Shown: positions 11,501-24,856, counted from the first letter of the stretch. The stretch: DNA of 64,000 bases from Adineta vaga (GCA_021613535.1 CP075493.1:10478001-10542000); one strand, 5' to 3'. The notes: generated by a model not told the origin, from the sequence alone. Made by a program: numbers and translations.

Positions 11501-14500
11501 TGCATTAAACAGATTTGTTAGATGCTGTACCAGTAATTTTGAATGATTCTTCAAACATCGGTTATGAATGTTGTCTGGACCAGTGGAGCTATTTCTAAGT
11601 TGTCTTATATGATTTTTGACTTCTTTTTCTTTGATTTGCTTCCACTTTGGTGTGTTTGAAGAGGTTATAGTTTTACTTTTGACTTTGTTTGCTTGGCGTG
11701 TTACTTGATCATGAAGTGGCAACGTATCAGCAGTGTGAGAGTAGACTTCATTTTCGAAGTAATCTGCAAATAAGTCTGCTTTCTCCTTGTCTGATGTTGC
11801 AGTTGTATTGTTGTATTTCATGATGTTGGCGTAGGTTTGCTTGATCCTTTTGTTGTGGAACTTGCGCACCGTCAGCCAAACTTTGTCCGAATACATTTTC
11901 TTGTGGCATAAAGATGACATTAACTTGTTGAAGTTATTTCTTCTGTCGTTTCTAAGTGAATTTGTAAGCAAGACTTTGGAATAGTAATATAGATGTTTAT
12001 CTAAGTTGTTTCCAGTCTTCTTCCATTTTCGATATGCTTGATGTTTTTGTTTTATCAGGCTTATCGATACTTCACTTGGTGTATACGTTCGGATCATCTG
12101 CTTTGTTTGTGGAACGGCTTCTTTTGTTGCTTCTAGTATACTAGTGGTAATGAATGATGTATATTCTTCTATGTCTGCTGTTGAATCTAAATGATGATCA
12201 TTTTTCCACAGCATCAGTTGTTGATCTAACTTGCACCTAAATTTTGACCATTTTGCTGCTTTGAAATTAAATGAAATTCTTGACGAAGCCGGTTTGGGTT
12301 CAGCTCCGCAAGGAATATCAAATGTTAATGGTTTATGGCCATTTAATGCACCGATTGTTGGATGAGTCTCAACGTTTGATATGAATGAAAGAAGTGGTTG
12401 ACTTGCTAGAATCCAATCTAGTTTAACTTCATAATCATTTTTTTCGAAAGTTGGACTATCATCGTCGACACAATCAATAAGACCATCTTTAAATAATTCT
12501 TGCAGCTGTCTTCCTCTAGCATTAGCTTGTTGTGATCCCATATTATATAATGTTTCATTAAGATCACCCATGATAATGCAGTTGTTGTTGACGTTATAAA
12601 GTTCGTGGAATAAGTTGATATCGATCTTTGCTTTTGGTGGTACGTAAATGGAGGATATTAGTATTGATTTGAATGATTTAGTTCGAATCTCTACTGCTAT
12701 CGCTTCATTCTTGCAGGTTGTTTTGTTTAGTACTTCTTGACACTTGATATGTTGTTTCACTGCTAGTAATACTCCACCCCAGCTTGTCCTATTCGATCAT
12801 TTCTGAAGATGTTATAACCAAAAAGAGTGAATGGTCTTTCGCTCTTTAGATTAGTTTCATTAACAGAGATAATATCGTATTTGGAGAATCTGGCTAGGAG
12901 TTCATCTTTGTGTTTGGTAATTGAGTTAATGTTGATATGGCATAAACTAAGCATCGTTGCTGCTAGTTTTAAGTGTTTTCTTGTCGTTTATAGATGCATC
13001 AGGAGAGTTGTTGGAAGAAAGGGCTCTCTTGTTTGTATTGGATCCTTCTTTTTTATTTTGTGCGTCTTTTGACGTAGTAGGAGTTGATGGCATAGTAGGT
13101 TTATTTGAAGTGACATTCTCTGTTGTAGACGATTTGTCAGCTTCACTCTGTTGTTTTTTTGGTTTTGGTTTGATGATCTTAACTGCTTGACTTTGTTCGT
13201 TGGAATCAGAGTCTGAATCAGTTAATATATATTTTTCTTCATTATTACGATCGAGGAGTCCGAATGATTTTTCGATCTTCTTGATCTTCTGATGTAGTGC
13301 TTTGAATAGTCGATTGGTAGTTTTTTCGATGATGGTTTCCATTTTGCTGGTAAGAGCATTAATGATATCGTCGAATAAATTGTCCGTTAATAGTTGTTTT
13401 TGTGTTTGGTTGAATTGTGATAGAGGTGGGAAGTCATGTGTGTTGTAGATTGATGGTGCTTGTGTTACTTGTTTGCTTGTTGTTGCATATTGGTTAACCA
13501 TGTTTTGCATCTTCTTTTCTTGTTCTCTATAATGTGAACATTCTTTGGAAGTAGCAATATGATTACCTTTACAGTTGTAGCACTTGACTGCATCATCTGT
13601 AACAGTACATTTGTCGTTGCTATGATTTTCACCACATCGACTACATACTTGTTGCTTGGTTTTGCAGTATTTGGCTACATGGTTGTATTTTAAGCAAATG
13701 TAACATTGCACCGGTTTGGAATTTTGTGTCGCTGGTTCAGCGGTGAAGTGCATGCAATCCACTTGTAAACCAGTTTGCACAAAGATATTTCGATTTGTTG
13801 CATCGCTAAATGATATCTTGACTGTTCGTGTTGGAGTCTTACCATCTTTGCTTGTTAATCGAATAACTTCTGTTACTTCAAGACCAACGTTCTTTAGTGC
13901 TTCAGTTATTCGATCGTTTGGTAGTTCTAGATCGACTCTTTTTACGAAGGCGATCTTTTCTGTGTCCTTGATTCTTTGTATAGATCTTGGAACGTATACC
14001 GTGGCTGATGGTTGACCGTTTGACGATAATATTGATGAAAAGTCGTTTAATATGTTGTTGAACGATTTAACATCTCTTGCATATAATGTGAATATTCCAT
14101 TTCGTCCAAGTTGGATGTCATGGATATTGACTTCAGCAAGATGTTGCTTCAATATATCATTTAGCTGCAATTTGTTTAAGTTAACACCCTCTAGAATTAG
14201 AGGGGCGATACTAAATGTTGGTTGGCTTGATTTTAAAGCATATGGTCCTGCTTTGCCATCTTGTGTTGTTCGTTGTGGGCTTTGTATGCTTTGTGAGCTT
14301 TGTGGCCCTTGTTTTCGTTGTGTGGTGGTTGCTCTTTGTTGGTTGTCCACGCTGTGGTAGCGTCTCTGTTGACCACCGCCACCCCTTCCTCTCTTGGAAG
14401 GCATTAAAATCAGCACCAGTTGTTGATAATTTGATGTAGATTGTTTTTGTTTTCTTGTTTGGGTTGATGAAGTACAGAGGATCTCGATGAAAAACCAGTT

Positions 14501-17217
14501 TTTTTAAGTCCTAGGACTTTTTAGCTGGTCGAAAGAAAAAAGTAGAAAGACGAGAGATACGATATATATGTTTATTTCACTTGGACGAATGCGACTGATC
14601 GCGACCAAGTCAACTAGACGTGTTTCGAAAATGAATAATCATCTATGATCTATATAATATCTATGTTTTTAATTTTGAGATGTCAGAAATATTTATATGG
14701 CAGTTTAATTAACTTAATAAAACTTACAATAATATACGTTTAATAATATCCATTCGTGATAAATTTTTATATTCTGGGATCTCCAAAGTCGTGACTTTTG
14801 ATAAATCAATAAGATGTAAAATGTGTTCAAGACATTCTTGTGGATCTTCATCTTTGTAAAATGGTATGAAAGGTAAATAAAAACAAAAGTATACGTTTCC
14901 TATGGACTCAATAATTTAAATGACTGACGAGGAAAGGTCAACAACTTGAAAATCGCTTTCCAGTCAAAAATTAGTACGCTGTGGATAATAGACCATGCTG
15001 AATCCAATTATCATACTCTCTATGGGTAGTGCTCTACAAAAGACGCGGTTCTATGAAAATCAGGCTTCCAGAACACCAAAATTTCTCAAATGTTGTTTTC
15101 TTCCTTGCAAGAGCGGGCTCCAGAAAAGTAAAAGAAACTTTTGTGTTTTAACATGAAAATGCTGTGGTATGCAACTCTCATATAGGTTTAAATTGCTATA
15201 TATCCTGAAAACAACATTTGAAAAACAACTTAGTGTTCTAGAAGCCTAGTTTCCAGAAAACCTGATCGTCGTAAGAGCATTAGCCGTGGACACCATGATG
15301 TTCGGATTTAGCATGGCAGATTACTTACAGCGCACTAAGTTTTGGCTCGAAAGCAATTTTCAAGTTAGTGACCTTCCCTCGTGAGTAAAACAAACAAAAA
15401 ATGATAAAGTTAATTTACTTTGATTAAACCATGTAAAGACGTTTTCTAACCATGATAAAAAGGCTGGTTTGGGATATGATATATAAAATAGCAAATACTC
15501 CACATGTTGAAATGCAGGTGCTTTATATAATTGTTGAACTGGTCTTATCGTCTTCTTTTCCGTCAAAATACGTATCTCATGTTGATTAGAATGAAAATAG
15601 TGATCATTAAGATTTGATACATTCGTTGATTGCATATCAAATGAATCATGAATTATTCCTGTTTGCAAATAATTTTCACAGCGCGGTTTCAATTGATTAT
15701 AATTAAGTGTACATAAACTGATATGTTCCACTAAAATGATTAGAATTGAAATAAAACAGAGCTTTTGTTAGTACCAACATTGAATTTCTCTATTTATATA
15801 TCTATGATATTCAGCATCTGCATCCTTTTCTACCTATTTTTTTGTTTCATATTAAGGATCAAATCAACTTTAGGAGTATTGCTAAAACATTGTGTACTTT
15901 TTCAAACGTTCTAAAATTTCTTGAAAACAATTTGAAACTATCTATAACGTTCTAGAACATTCCATAGCAGTTAGAAAACTTCTAAAACCTGCCAAGATCT
16001 TCTGGAATACTATCAAATCTTCTATAGACGATGCGAAGTGATCAGATCACGCGAAAAAATGAAATAAATTCTCTTTGTGAGTATGCCATCAGCTTTGAAC
16101 AATTATTAACCTATACTATAAAGGTTTTCGAAACTTCATATCTTCCACGTATATCCAATTCTGATATTTTTCTTTTCAGTTTTTCTTGAAAATATGAATT
16201 TATTTAACTTACTGTAACGATTTGGACCGATATACCATCGATTAATTGCCATTTGCCATTGATCATATAGTTTAACACAAAATTTAAATGAATTAAGAAT
16301 TTGATTTAAATCTCTTGCTTCTCCATTTGTTATAAATGATATATGAAAATCGTATTTCTTTAAATAAGATACACGAGTCATCAACATCTCTTGCCAATTG
16401 TTTCCATTAATTAGATCCATAATAAATGGAGAAATATTGTAATCAACATTAAGTGTAAAAACAAATTGATGAATAAAAATATTGAACAAATATCAAACTA
16501 AACTTACTTAATGTCTTTACTCAATGGTAATTCTGTTGTTTTGATTATTACATGAAGATATCTTAATAGACTATGTCGACGAAGTATAGGAATAAGAGAA
16601 TATATACATATACGATTCAATGATCCATAAAAGATCAGTTTTAAATGTGTAAGATTTGTTCTAAAAATAAATTTTTTTGATATTGAAAAATGATCATGAT
16701 GAAAAGAAAGATCAGCTGAACGAAGTGTCAATGACGGATTGATCAATATTAGTTGACTTAACTTGTCAGCATCACATTTATTAAGGTTGTCGTCTTCAGC
16801 ATTATCTGATTGAATTATTCGAAAACAAACAAGCTTCGTTGATTTTGATAATTGTTCCAAAACAACATTTGAATTCGATGATGAAGTCATTGAAAAAAAT
16901 ATACAAGAATAAAGATTGAGAAATTGATGTTGATTAAAAAGAAATGTAATAACATTTATTTGATTACGAGTTTGATCATGAATATTTAATGAAACAACTT
17001 GATTAGAATGAAATTTCAAATGATGAGATAAAAACTCAATTTGACGACGATAATGACGGTAAAAAATAATCACATGAAGACGAATTGATTTTAGAATCAA
17101 TGAAAAACGAGAATTCAGAGAAGTAAATGCATAAAAAATGTCAATAGCATGGAAATAATCAAAAATTTCGAAAAAGATATCATTTGATAAATCTTCCAAT
17201 CGAGTATTGATAATCAT
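8516..17217 (-). CDS. F-box domain protein (lineage-expanded type), 5 exons, probably damaged; hosts the LINE and a MITE in introns
   Basis: Exon 1 17217-16508 begins MIINTRLEDLSNDIFFEIFDYFHAIDIFYAFTSLNSRF (F-box). Exons ~16460-16213, 15730-15419, 14899-14728 and 8933-8516 join in consistent phases (PNRY-M-EHIS; WFNQ-R-NVYF; KRIL-L-MCSN). Intron 1 has no AG acceptor at the expected position. Confidence 0.7.
9818..10145 (-). repeat. 72-bp tandem repeat array in the LINE 3' UTR (~5 units, degenerating toward ORF2)
   Basis: Units starting gactcgat(a/t)tcatattg(t/c)atataagaacgag at 9818, 9890 and 9962 (exact 72-bp period). Diverged copies at ~10032 and ~10111. Confidence 0.9.
10268..12954 (-). 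pseudogene. LINE ORF2 (AP endonuclease + reverse transcriptase), three frameshifts
   Basis: Motifs NINS, VNETNL, MGDLN, STGPDNI, SYRPISLLSCLGKLLEKII, QAGFR, DIKAAFDSVWH, GTPQGSPLSPLLY, FADD, RYLGV. Frames shift near 12778, 11285 and 10890. ATG at 12954 overlaps the ORF1 stop by 8 nt. No RNase H or C-terminal CCHC seen. Confidence 0.93.
12947..14404 (-). CDS. LINE ORF1, Gag-like nucleic-acid-binding protein
   Basis: Uninterrupted ORF from ATG 14404 (MPSKRGRGGGG). Three zinc knuckles: CYICLKYNHVAKYC, CSRCGENHSNDKC, CYNCKGNHIATSKEC. Confidence 0.92.
   Translation of the reverse strand: MPSKRGRGGGGQQRRYHSVDNQQRATTTQRKQGPQSSQSIQSPQRTTQDGKAGPYALKSSQPTFSIAPLILEGVNLNKLQLNDILKQHLAEVNIHDIQLGRNGIFTLYARDVKSFNNILNDFSSILSSNGQPSATVYVPRSIQRIKDTEKIAFVKRVDLELPNDRITEALKNVGLEVTEVIRLTSKDGKTPTRTVKISFSDATNRNIFVQTGLQVDCMHFTAEPATQNSKPVQCYICLKYNHVAKYCKTKQQVCSRCGENHSNDKCTVTDDAVKCYNCKGNHIATSKECSHYREQEKKMQNMVNQYATTSKQVTQAPSIYNTHDFPPLSQFNQTQKQLLTDNLFDDIINALTSKMETIIEKTTNRLFKALHQKIKKIEKSFGLLDRNNEEKYILTDSDSDSNEQSQAVKIIKPKPKKQQSEADKSSTTENVTSNKPTMPSTPTTSKDAQNKKEGSNTNKRALSSNNSPDASINDKKTLKTSSNDA
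14924..15385. mobile_element. ~460-bp MITE with long (~180 bp) imperfect terminal inverted repeats, intronic
   Basis: Left ctgacgaggaaaggtcaacaacttgaaaatcgctttccagtcaaaaattagtacgctgt matches the reverse complement of the right end, ctcacgagggaaggtcactaacttgaaaattgctttcgagccaaaacttagtgcgctgt. Pairing continues to caaatgttgttttc/gaaaacaacatttg. TA on the right flank. Confidence 0.8.
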
Positions 17218-17939
17218 TCTATCGTATGCAACGTATATTCGTGTGAACATATATGTCTTATGTACATTGAATGCACAATCGATATATTGTCAGAGTTATC
17301 GACCAACAGATATATTGAGCACTGATTATATAAACGCCCTCTACAACTAAAATGACATTTTTAATGGAATAAAAACATCAACATGAGTGTTGTTTTTCGT
17401 TGTGATTAATGAGAGAAGATCAGATGTATAAACAACACTTGACGTTCAATCATTTCATTTAAGAGAAGTTCCGTTGCCAAATATTTTTACTTTTCCAAAT
17501 AAAGTAGTTAGAACGAAAGAGCATAAAAGTTACTTATAATTTCAAATTTTGGGCAAAGACTTCAAGTACTTTGGTTATCCGAAAATCGTGTGGGTGTAGG
17601 TGATGGTCATGATCGATGTTGCCAGCAATGGAGAGGTTTGGTGGAAAACGTCGAAAAAAGAAAATCATCATGAGGGCATGATGATCATTTTATCGTTAGA
17701 AAGATATTGGAAGAGAAATCTACGAAATACGTGCGTGCATTATTTGAGACAAGACGATAAACGAATTTTGATATTCTCAAGTAGTCAATAAAGTTGTTTT
17801 GAAATATTTCCTTTCAAAAAAAAAGATAATCGGATTTGAAACATATAGATTTTTTTTGTAATATTATTTTAAAGATAAAATTATAGGTTATCAGGTATAA
17901 TAGAGAAAAGAAAACGAAATTTTTCATCTTTTTTAAAGG

Positions 17940-18325
17940 TAAATATCAATTATTGTTACTTAATAATTCTCAAGATTGTCAATTTATAACACCAATAATT
18001 GAAAATTCATCAACTAATCTAAGTTGTATTTCATTTTATTATTATTTAACAAAATCTGAAACAATTATTTTATTTATTACTTATTTTAATGAAAAAACAA
18101 ATGATCGTAAATTAATCAGTGGATTTGTTGATCAAAAAAATGAATGGATTGAATTTAGCTAAAGGAGAATTTCAAACAAATTTATCATCATACCAAGTTT
18201 ATTTGAATTGAAAATTTCTTTTAAAATATTTCATTTTTTTCTTCTTTTTTTTAGATTATTTTTCAAATTTATCGTGCTGATATGACAAATCTTGATCATA
18301 TAAAAATTACAGAAGAAAATTGTGG
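17940..18325 (+). pseudogene. MAM-domain-like gene fragment
   Basis: DCQFITPIIENSSTNLSCISFYYYL...QKNEW (frameshift ~18157) AKGEFQTNLSSYQ|intron|IIFQIYRADMTNLDHIKITEENCG fits the MAM pattern CxxFxY...W...FQIIF...DxIxIxxxxC. Confidence 0.45.
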
Positions 18326-19105
18326 TAATTGAAGTTTATTTTTTTCTTCTTCTCATCTTTCTTTATATTTTCTTTTAAAAGAAGGAGTAGTGTAGAAATC
18401 GTTAATTCGATTCGAATTTTAAACTTTCAGTTTAGAACTCGAGTACTCGAGTTTTAGACTGCTCAATTAATATTATTCTATGTTATGTCGTAAAGAACAT
18501 ATGGAATTTCATTAAATATCCACTTCGCAAATAGAACAACGTTAGATTTGAAAAGAAAAATATTACTGATAACATTTGTTCAATAAATCAACTACAAATA
18601 TAGAAAAACAATATTTTATTAGCACTATACTTATTCTGTGCTAGAACGATACATCTCAGAACTTTCACTAGATATTTTAACACGTATTTGTCATCTAACC
18701 ATTGTTGTGATCGTTCACTGATCATTTTGTTATTTCCTCACTTTTTTCTTATTATTATTATCGAGCGTCGAACATTGTTCTGCTTCTTTTTTTCTCTTGC
18801 AACATGTACGCGATCTTGCTCTTCGAACGGCAAATTTTTTTTTTCATTCTTTCTCTTGCTAGTTTGGTTTCTTGCTTTGAAATGTCTCGCCCATACCGTA
18901 TAGTATAACTCTTTTTCTTCTTCTTCTTCTTCTGCTTCGTTCTATCTTCTTCTTCCTCTTCTTTACTTCATTAAACGACAACAACTCATCACGAGTACAA
19001 CATTCAACACAAGCATAAAAACAGAATAGTTAGGTTTTTCTTTCTCTTTTTCTTATACTTAGTCTTATTCTATTGAAACAATTCAATGGTACTATAAAAA
19101 AAATA

Positions 19106-22100
19106 ATGAATACAAACAAAACATCCCATCATATGTTAGATAAATTATCGAATAGAATTACAGCTATCAAAGATGATATTGCTGGTGCAGTTAAAGAACG
19201 AAGTCGTTCAATTTCTTTCGATCGACAAAGTTCAACGTCTTCATCAAATATGAATAATACGGAATTATCATCACAAGATGAAACAGCAACAACAATAGTT
19301 ACAAAACGAACAAGACATCTATCTAAAACATCAGGTATATGAGCATTTTAATCTTCAGTCGGCAAGATGATGACTTCTTCACATAAGTACATGCTGGATT
19401 TTTTCTATGTTTATGCTTGAGAAATTTCAAAGTAGTCGTAATATATTTAATTCAATTATGATCAAGATTGTTCTCTGAAAATAACAAATCTAATTATCTT
19501 TAATTTGTTTACATAGTTATTTTCAGTATAGATGACGGTATATTTATTCCTTTGACTAGATCGTATAATAGAAAGGAGAAACATTTGTAAATGATAAGAT
19601 GTAAGTATTGAGAATGCGCACGAGACATTATCGTCTTAACATCGTCATTTAAAGATATTAGAGAAGATTGAGAAAAGAAAGAATGTCGTAATCGTATATT
19701 TTATCATAGATAATTAGATTCTTTTTCTTTTCATTCTCACATTTCATTTTGTATTTTGAAAATTATTTGTTTGATCTTGTCAGGCAATACTGGATCATCG
19801 TCATCACTTGGATCATCCTCTCGACAGAACAATGATCAATCACCATCACATAAAATCTCCACTGGTATTAAATCGAGTCTTCTCAATTCTCTTACATTAT
19901 CAACCGCCACTTCAACGAATTCAACACATTTAATTAATTCAAATACAACTATACCGTCATTGTTCAGTAGTCTTCGACATTCACAACAAAGACTTGAATC
20001 GATAGAAGATGTATCAACACCTACAGATGATTCAACTACAAAAGAACGTGTAATTATTAAAATTGATCCAGTAGAAATGATTGCTAAACCAGCAAGTATG
20101 CTCGTTCCACAAGATCCTGTGAAAAGATCAGCAATACTTCTAGCTGGACCTAAATTTCGAATCAATAGTAAAGAAATTTCGAAAACTAAATCAACGAACA
20201 ATAGTGATATGATTTATTCTGTATCCGTGAGTAAAAATCGTTCGTTACGAGTCGACAAATAAGATTGATCTTTGTATGTTTTCTATTAGATCATTGTTGG
20301 TATTATTTCTCTTGTGATTACATTGTGGAAACCAATCTCATCGTATTTTTCCGGTTTTATTGTCGGTAGTTTATTTGCTCTAGCACTTATATATGTATGG
20401 ATTCGAATGATCATTAAATCGAAAGTTGAAGAAACTATCGTTGAAGAATGGATCGATTTTCCAGCACTTGATTCGATGCTTTCGAAAGTTGATAATGAAG
20501 ATAAAAATACCAATATACAAGTAAAGAACAAATAATTCTACACTAACGTCATTGAACGACTCTTAGAGTTTTCAATGAACGTGAATAGAATATTCTGTTA
20601 TGATTATTATTATTATTATTTCTAGTCGGATATATATATTTTTCCTAGAAAAGTAAAGGAACAGAAGATACATTCTTTTTCTTTTAGGTTACTGGTGCTT
20701 ATATGAGTTTTCAAAGTTACAATGCTGATCGTGATGAAGATTTCGTCCGTTATCCATGTTATGTTCGTCTGGACGGATATCGTCTAATCATTCAATTAGC
20801 AAGTAAACCATGGACTGAAGAAAAAAAGTCTGATAAAGAAATTAAATTTATTGGTTGTCGAGAATATCTTGTTAAAGGTATGTATTTAGCATTGTTATAC
20901 ATGATTTATTGCTTGAAATTTTAGAAGCACGAATAATTCTCGTACCTGAATTGACTTTAACACGTGCAAAGTATTGGATGAATGATTATCCGATAGTTAT
21001 ACGAAATTTACAAATTCTTGATAAACAAATTTTTAATAAACATCAATTAGAAAAAGCGAAAACACATATAAATGATTTTTTTACTAATAATGCTACAATT
21101 ATTTCCATTTGGTTTGAAACTGGTCCGCAAAAAGAAGAATGGTTTCATAAGTTAGTATTTATCTAGTGATTTTTTTCTTCAGGAATTTAGTTCCGATTTA
21201 TTCTAGACTTTCATTGCTTTTACGAAAAGGAAAAGATGAAATTCAACGAATCAATGATCTTCTTGCAACTAGTAGTAAGTCTCTATCATCGTCAACATCA
21301 TCACTCTATCGTCGACAAGCCCAATCTGATTCTGATGCTGAATCTATTTCGAGTTCTATGATCGATAGTCAAACTCATGGGTCCATTGTTGAAACTCAAA
21401 TGAATATCGAAGAATTACAACGAAAGACGAAAGTATAATCATCTTTTCAATAGATTGAGATTAGAAATTGTTTTATTATATTTAGAAGAAAGATTTAGAG
21501 AAAGATTCTACTGGAACTCATCGAACTATTGCCAGAAAATCTAGCAAATCAATTTCGAATGAAAGTTGTTTGGAAAAAGTTCTTCAAACATCTGAATGTT
21601 TAGATGAAACGGCAATAACAATAAATTTTCTTACACGACGACTTCTCTGTGATATGTTTGATATTCCGGTTTTTAAAGATTTAATAAAAGATAAAATTGA
21701 AATGAAATTAAAGGAACTTGCTGTAAGTCGTTTCATTTTTGAATGAAAAATAATTCAATGAAAACCTCTGTTTAGGTATCTATATTGGAAAATTTTCGTG
21801 TGGTATCAATTGATTTAGGTAATACTTTTCCGATTATATTAAAAATTGAACCAATGCAATGGAATACACAAGGTATTTGGTTCAATTTATTTTTATATTA
21901 TCGTGGTAATTTTAAGTAAGTTTAGTATTCGTATATAAAAAATGATTTAAAAACAAGTAGATAAACAAACATGATTGCATGTCATTGAACAGATTCTTTC
22001 GATTAACTAGATAGATCCTAAGCTTCTTTATCTATGTATTAGTAGTCAGTATATCGATAGTTTGATAATTGACATATACTTAATCTTTTCTTTAACATAG

Positions 22101-23143
22101 AACGAACATGTTCTAGTTATTTACTATTAATAAAATTTAGATTCTCTGTAAGAACTCGTGTTCTTTTACAAAAATTGATCAATTATGATCCGAAAAAAGA
22201 CAAACCAATATTTGCTCAACATCATTCTGCTCAAATTGTTCATAAAGATGATGAACGTATTGATGAAAATGATTTAATCAAAAGACAAAAACTTCTAGCG
22301 AAAGAACCAGAAATTGCTGAAATGTATGTAATCTATGAAAAAAAAATTCTTCAATACAAATCAGATGTGTAATTTCCATTATTTACTTTGCTAGGGCAGT
22401 AACACGAAAACTCGGTACAGCATTAACAAATTTAGCATTGAATAAATATTTTCAGATCTTTGCTAATATACCATTTGTGAAAAGTTTATTCGAAAAGTTC
22501 TCTCAACAAGAAGTAGGAGCAGATGTTGAAATGACTAGTTTCAGTGGTATTCTCACGGTAAGTTGATATTTATTAGAGAATAACATATTGTTTAATTGAT
22601 GAACTTTAGCTTAACATTCCACCACCACCAAGTGATCGAATCTGGTAAATATTCTATTTATTTTATTGATGATATTTATGGAGTTGTAATTTCAGGGTGG
22701 GTTGTCCAGAAATGCCTGATTTGAATATCAAAGTTATACCTACTTACGGTGAAAAGCAGTATTCTTATACATTACTTCAAGATTTTCTTTCAGCAAAAAT
22801 TCGAACTGAATTAAAAGTTTGAGATTGAATTTTTTTATCATTCTTTTAATATCATCTGTATTTTATAGCGTTTGATCGTTCTTCCCGCTATGGATGATCA
22901 ACTTCTACCATTCTTTCGAGATTGGGCAATTGATGTTATGTAAACTTTTCATTGTCGAAGTATTCTGACTCTTTTCCTTTGTTTAGTGGTGAAATTGTGT
23001 CAAAACCTATCAATCCATGCACTGATAATTACAAAACAAAATTAAATGCTCATGCATCCGTTCGTGAAGGATTACAAGAATATAAAAATGTCAGAAAAAT
23101 GACCAGATCTACGACGATCTCATCGACCTTTCCAGAAACTTAA
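19106..23143 (+). CDS. TEX2: TEX2/Nvj2-like SMP-domain lipid-transfer protein (multi-exon)
   Basis: Ser-rich N-terminus, TM segment (YFSGFIVGSLFALALIYVWI), PH-like region ending QKEEWFH, SMP C-terminus GILTLNIPPPPSDRIWVGCPEMPDLNIKVIPTYGEK...RLIVLPAMDD. About 13 GT-AG exons. Confidence 0.8.
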
Positions 23144-24856
23144 ACATCTCTGTTTGTTTTTGTTTTATTTCTATTCCAATGTGAACATGTAAACTATAAA
23201 CAAAAAAAAATCATATCAACAATCAAATTTGAAAAATATAGCATATAAAATTGTGATCGATAAATTGATTACATAAGTTGTGTCTATCTATCTGTATATA
23301 GAAATGAATAACCGTACCCACACACATCCTCACCTCCAGATATTTTTTTAGATTTTTTCATTGAAATATGGTGTATAAACATCTTAGAAAACTGTAGGAA
23401 TTTCTATATAAAATATTTTCCGTGTTCGCTCCACTTTAAATCGAGGTTTGGTAGAAAACAAAATATGTCGACTTGTAGAGCAGGTTCTGCACTATCGAAC
23501 TATATATGTCGCCGTTCCAGATCATTCAACTTTTCTGATTAATTTTCACACTCTTGTTTTCTCACTGAATGTCTATGAAGACTATATCAAAATCAAGAAA
23601 ATTGTTTTTTGATTACTAAATATTCTTGTGCAGCTTCTCGTGAGTATTCTGGATATCGCATTGATTCTATGATTTGAGTGAATAATGCCTAATTTTCCAT
23701 CAAAATGTCATCGTGGTTTATGTGAAATAACTTTAGTAATATTTGGCTCATATTATTTCGAAAATAGCGTCAAGTCTGAAACTTTTTTTATTATAATGAT
23801 CTATGAGGAAAGTTCATCGGATTCTGACGGGTTCACTTTATGAACTCAACAAATTCTCATGGATGCACCCATATAAAGAGAATGTTAGATTAAACATTTT
23901 ACAAAAAGCTCAATGTTTTTTTTTCTGATCAATTCAGTTGATACTTCATGTTTCTGGTAATGAAATACATTTAGTGGATCCTGTTTATATTTTGAAATGT
24001 GAAATAATTCGTAAATAATGATTATACAAAATTCATATTTTTTTGACGTCAACGATTATAATTTTTTCTTTTCAAAAGTTTTACGAAGAAAGACGTACCA
24101 GACATCTACATGAGAATGTCAGAAACATTTATCTATACAAAAAGAAATTCATGATATAAACAAAAACAAACATGTATCAGTAATTTCATAATTAATAATA
24201 ATTGGATTTGAAATCTCTTCCGGTAAATAGAGAAAAAGACACTTTTGCCATAAATACATTGAATTTTGTTAAATATCGCTTATGTTAAGAAAAGTGTACA
24301 CAGTTTACGAAAAGATTTCTATCACTTCTTTTTTCTAAAATCTTAACTAATTTCGCTCAATTTGATTATTCTTTTCGTTTTCAGAAGATATATAACAATA
24401 ACTCCGTCGTATTCTATTTAACATTGCTTGTGACATATATTCATATAAAAATAGTTATTTTCTGTGTATACGAATCGTACACTATATACATATGTAAACT
24501 TCGTTCAAAATGACACCTCCTTTAATGAGCACTTTTTTAACAGTCCCGTTAGTGTTCATCTTGGAGACATTTCACCGTACATATGTAAAGCATACAATAT
24601 TCCATGGCTTTTCGTATATTGCCCACATGCTTCTTTCTTTCACCCCAACTGTATCTGTTCAGACTAATGCATACTATATGGACTTTCTTAATTGAAGTAA
24701 ATTTTATTCCATTTTAGATTATTCCTATCGTCAATTTCTGATTTGTTATTTTTATGTAAACACATCTTTTGGGATAACTATTAAACATGCACAAAACGAC
24801 GTACTGTATCATTTTTATAAAGATTTTTAGTCTTTTTTATAATTTAGATTTCCAAA

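Larger units (their letters stand above)
9468..14633 (-). mobile_element. Full-length (~5.17 kb) non-LTR retrotransposon, Jockey/I-group LINE
   Basis: 21-nt polyA (T run 9468-9488) with AATAAA (tttatt 9500-9505). TSD aataatcatcta at 9456-9467 and 14634-14645. 5' end starts CATTTTCG. Gag-like ORF1 and APE-RT ORF2. Confidence 0.95.

Noticed and set aside
12827-14439. Plus-strand ORFs over LINE ORF1
   Set aside because: Antisense frames of a genuine coding sequence with no recognisable domains.
23310-23880. Possible non-autonomous transposon after TEX2
   Set aside because: Composition is suggestive, but no convincing TIR or TSD was found by eye.
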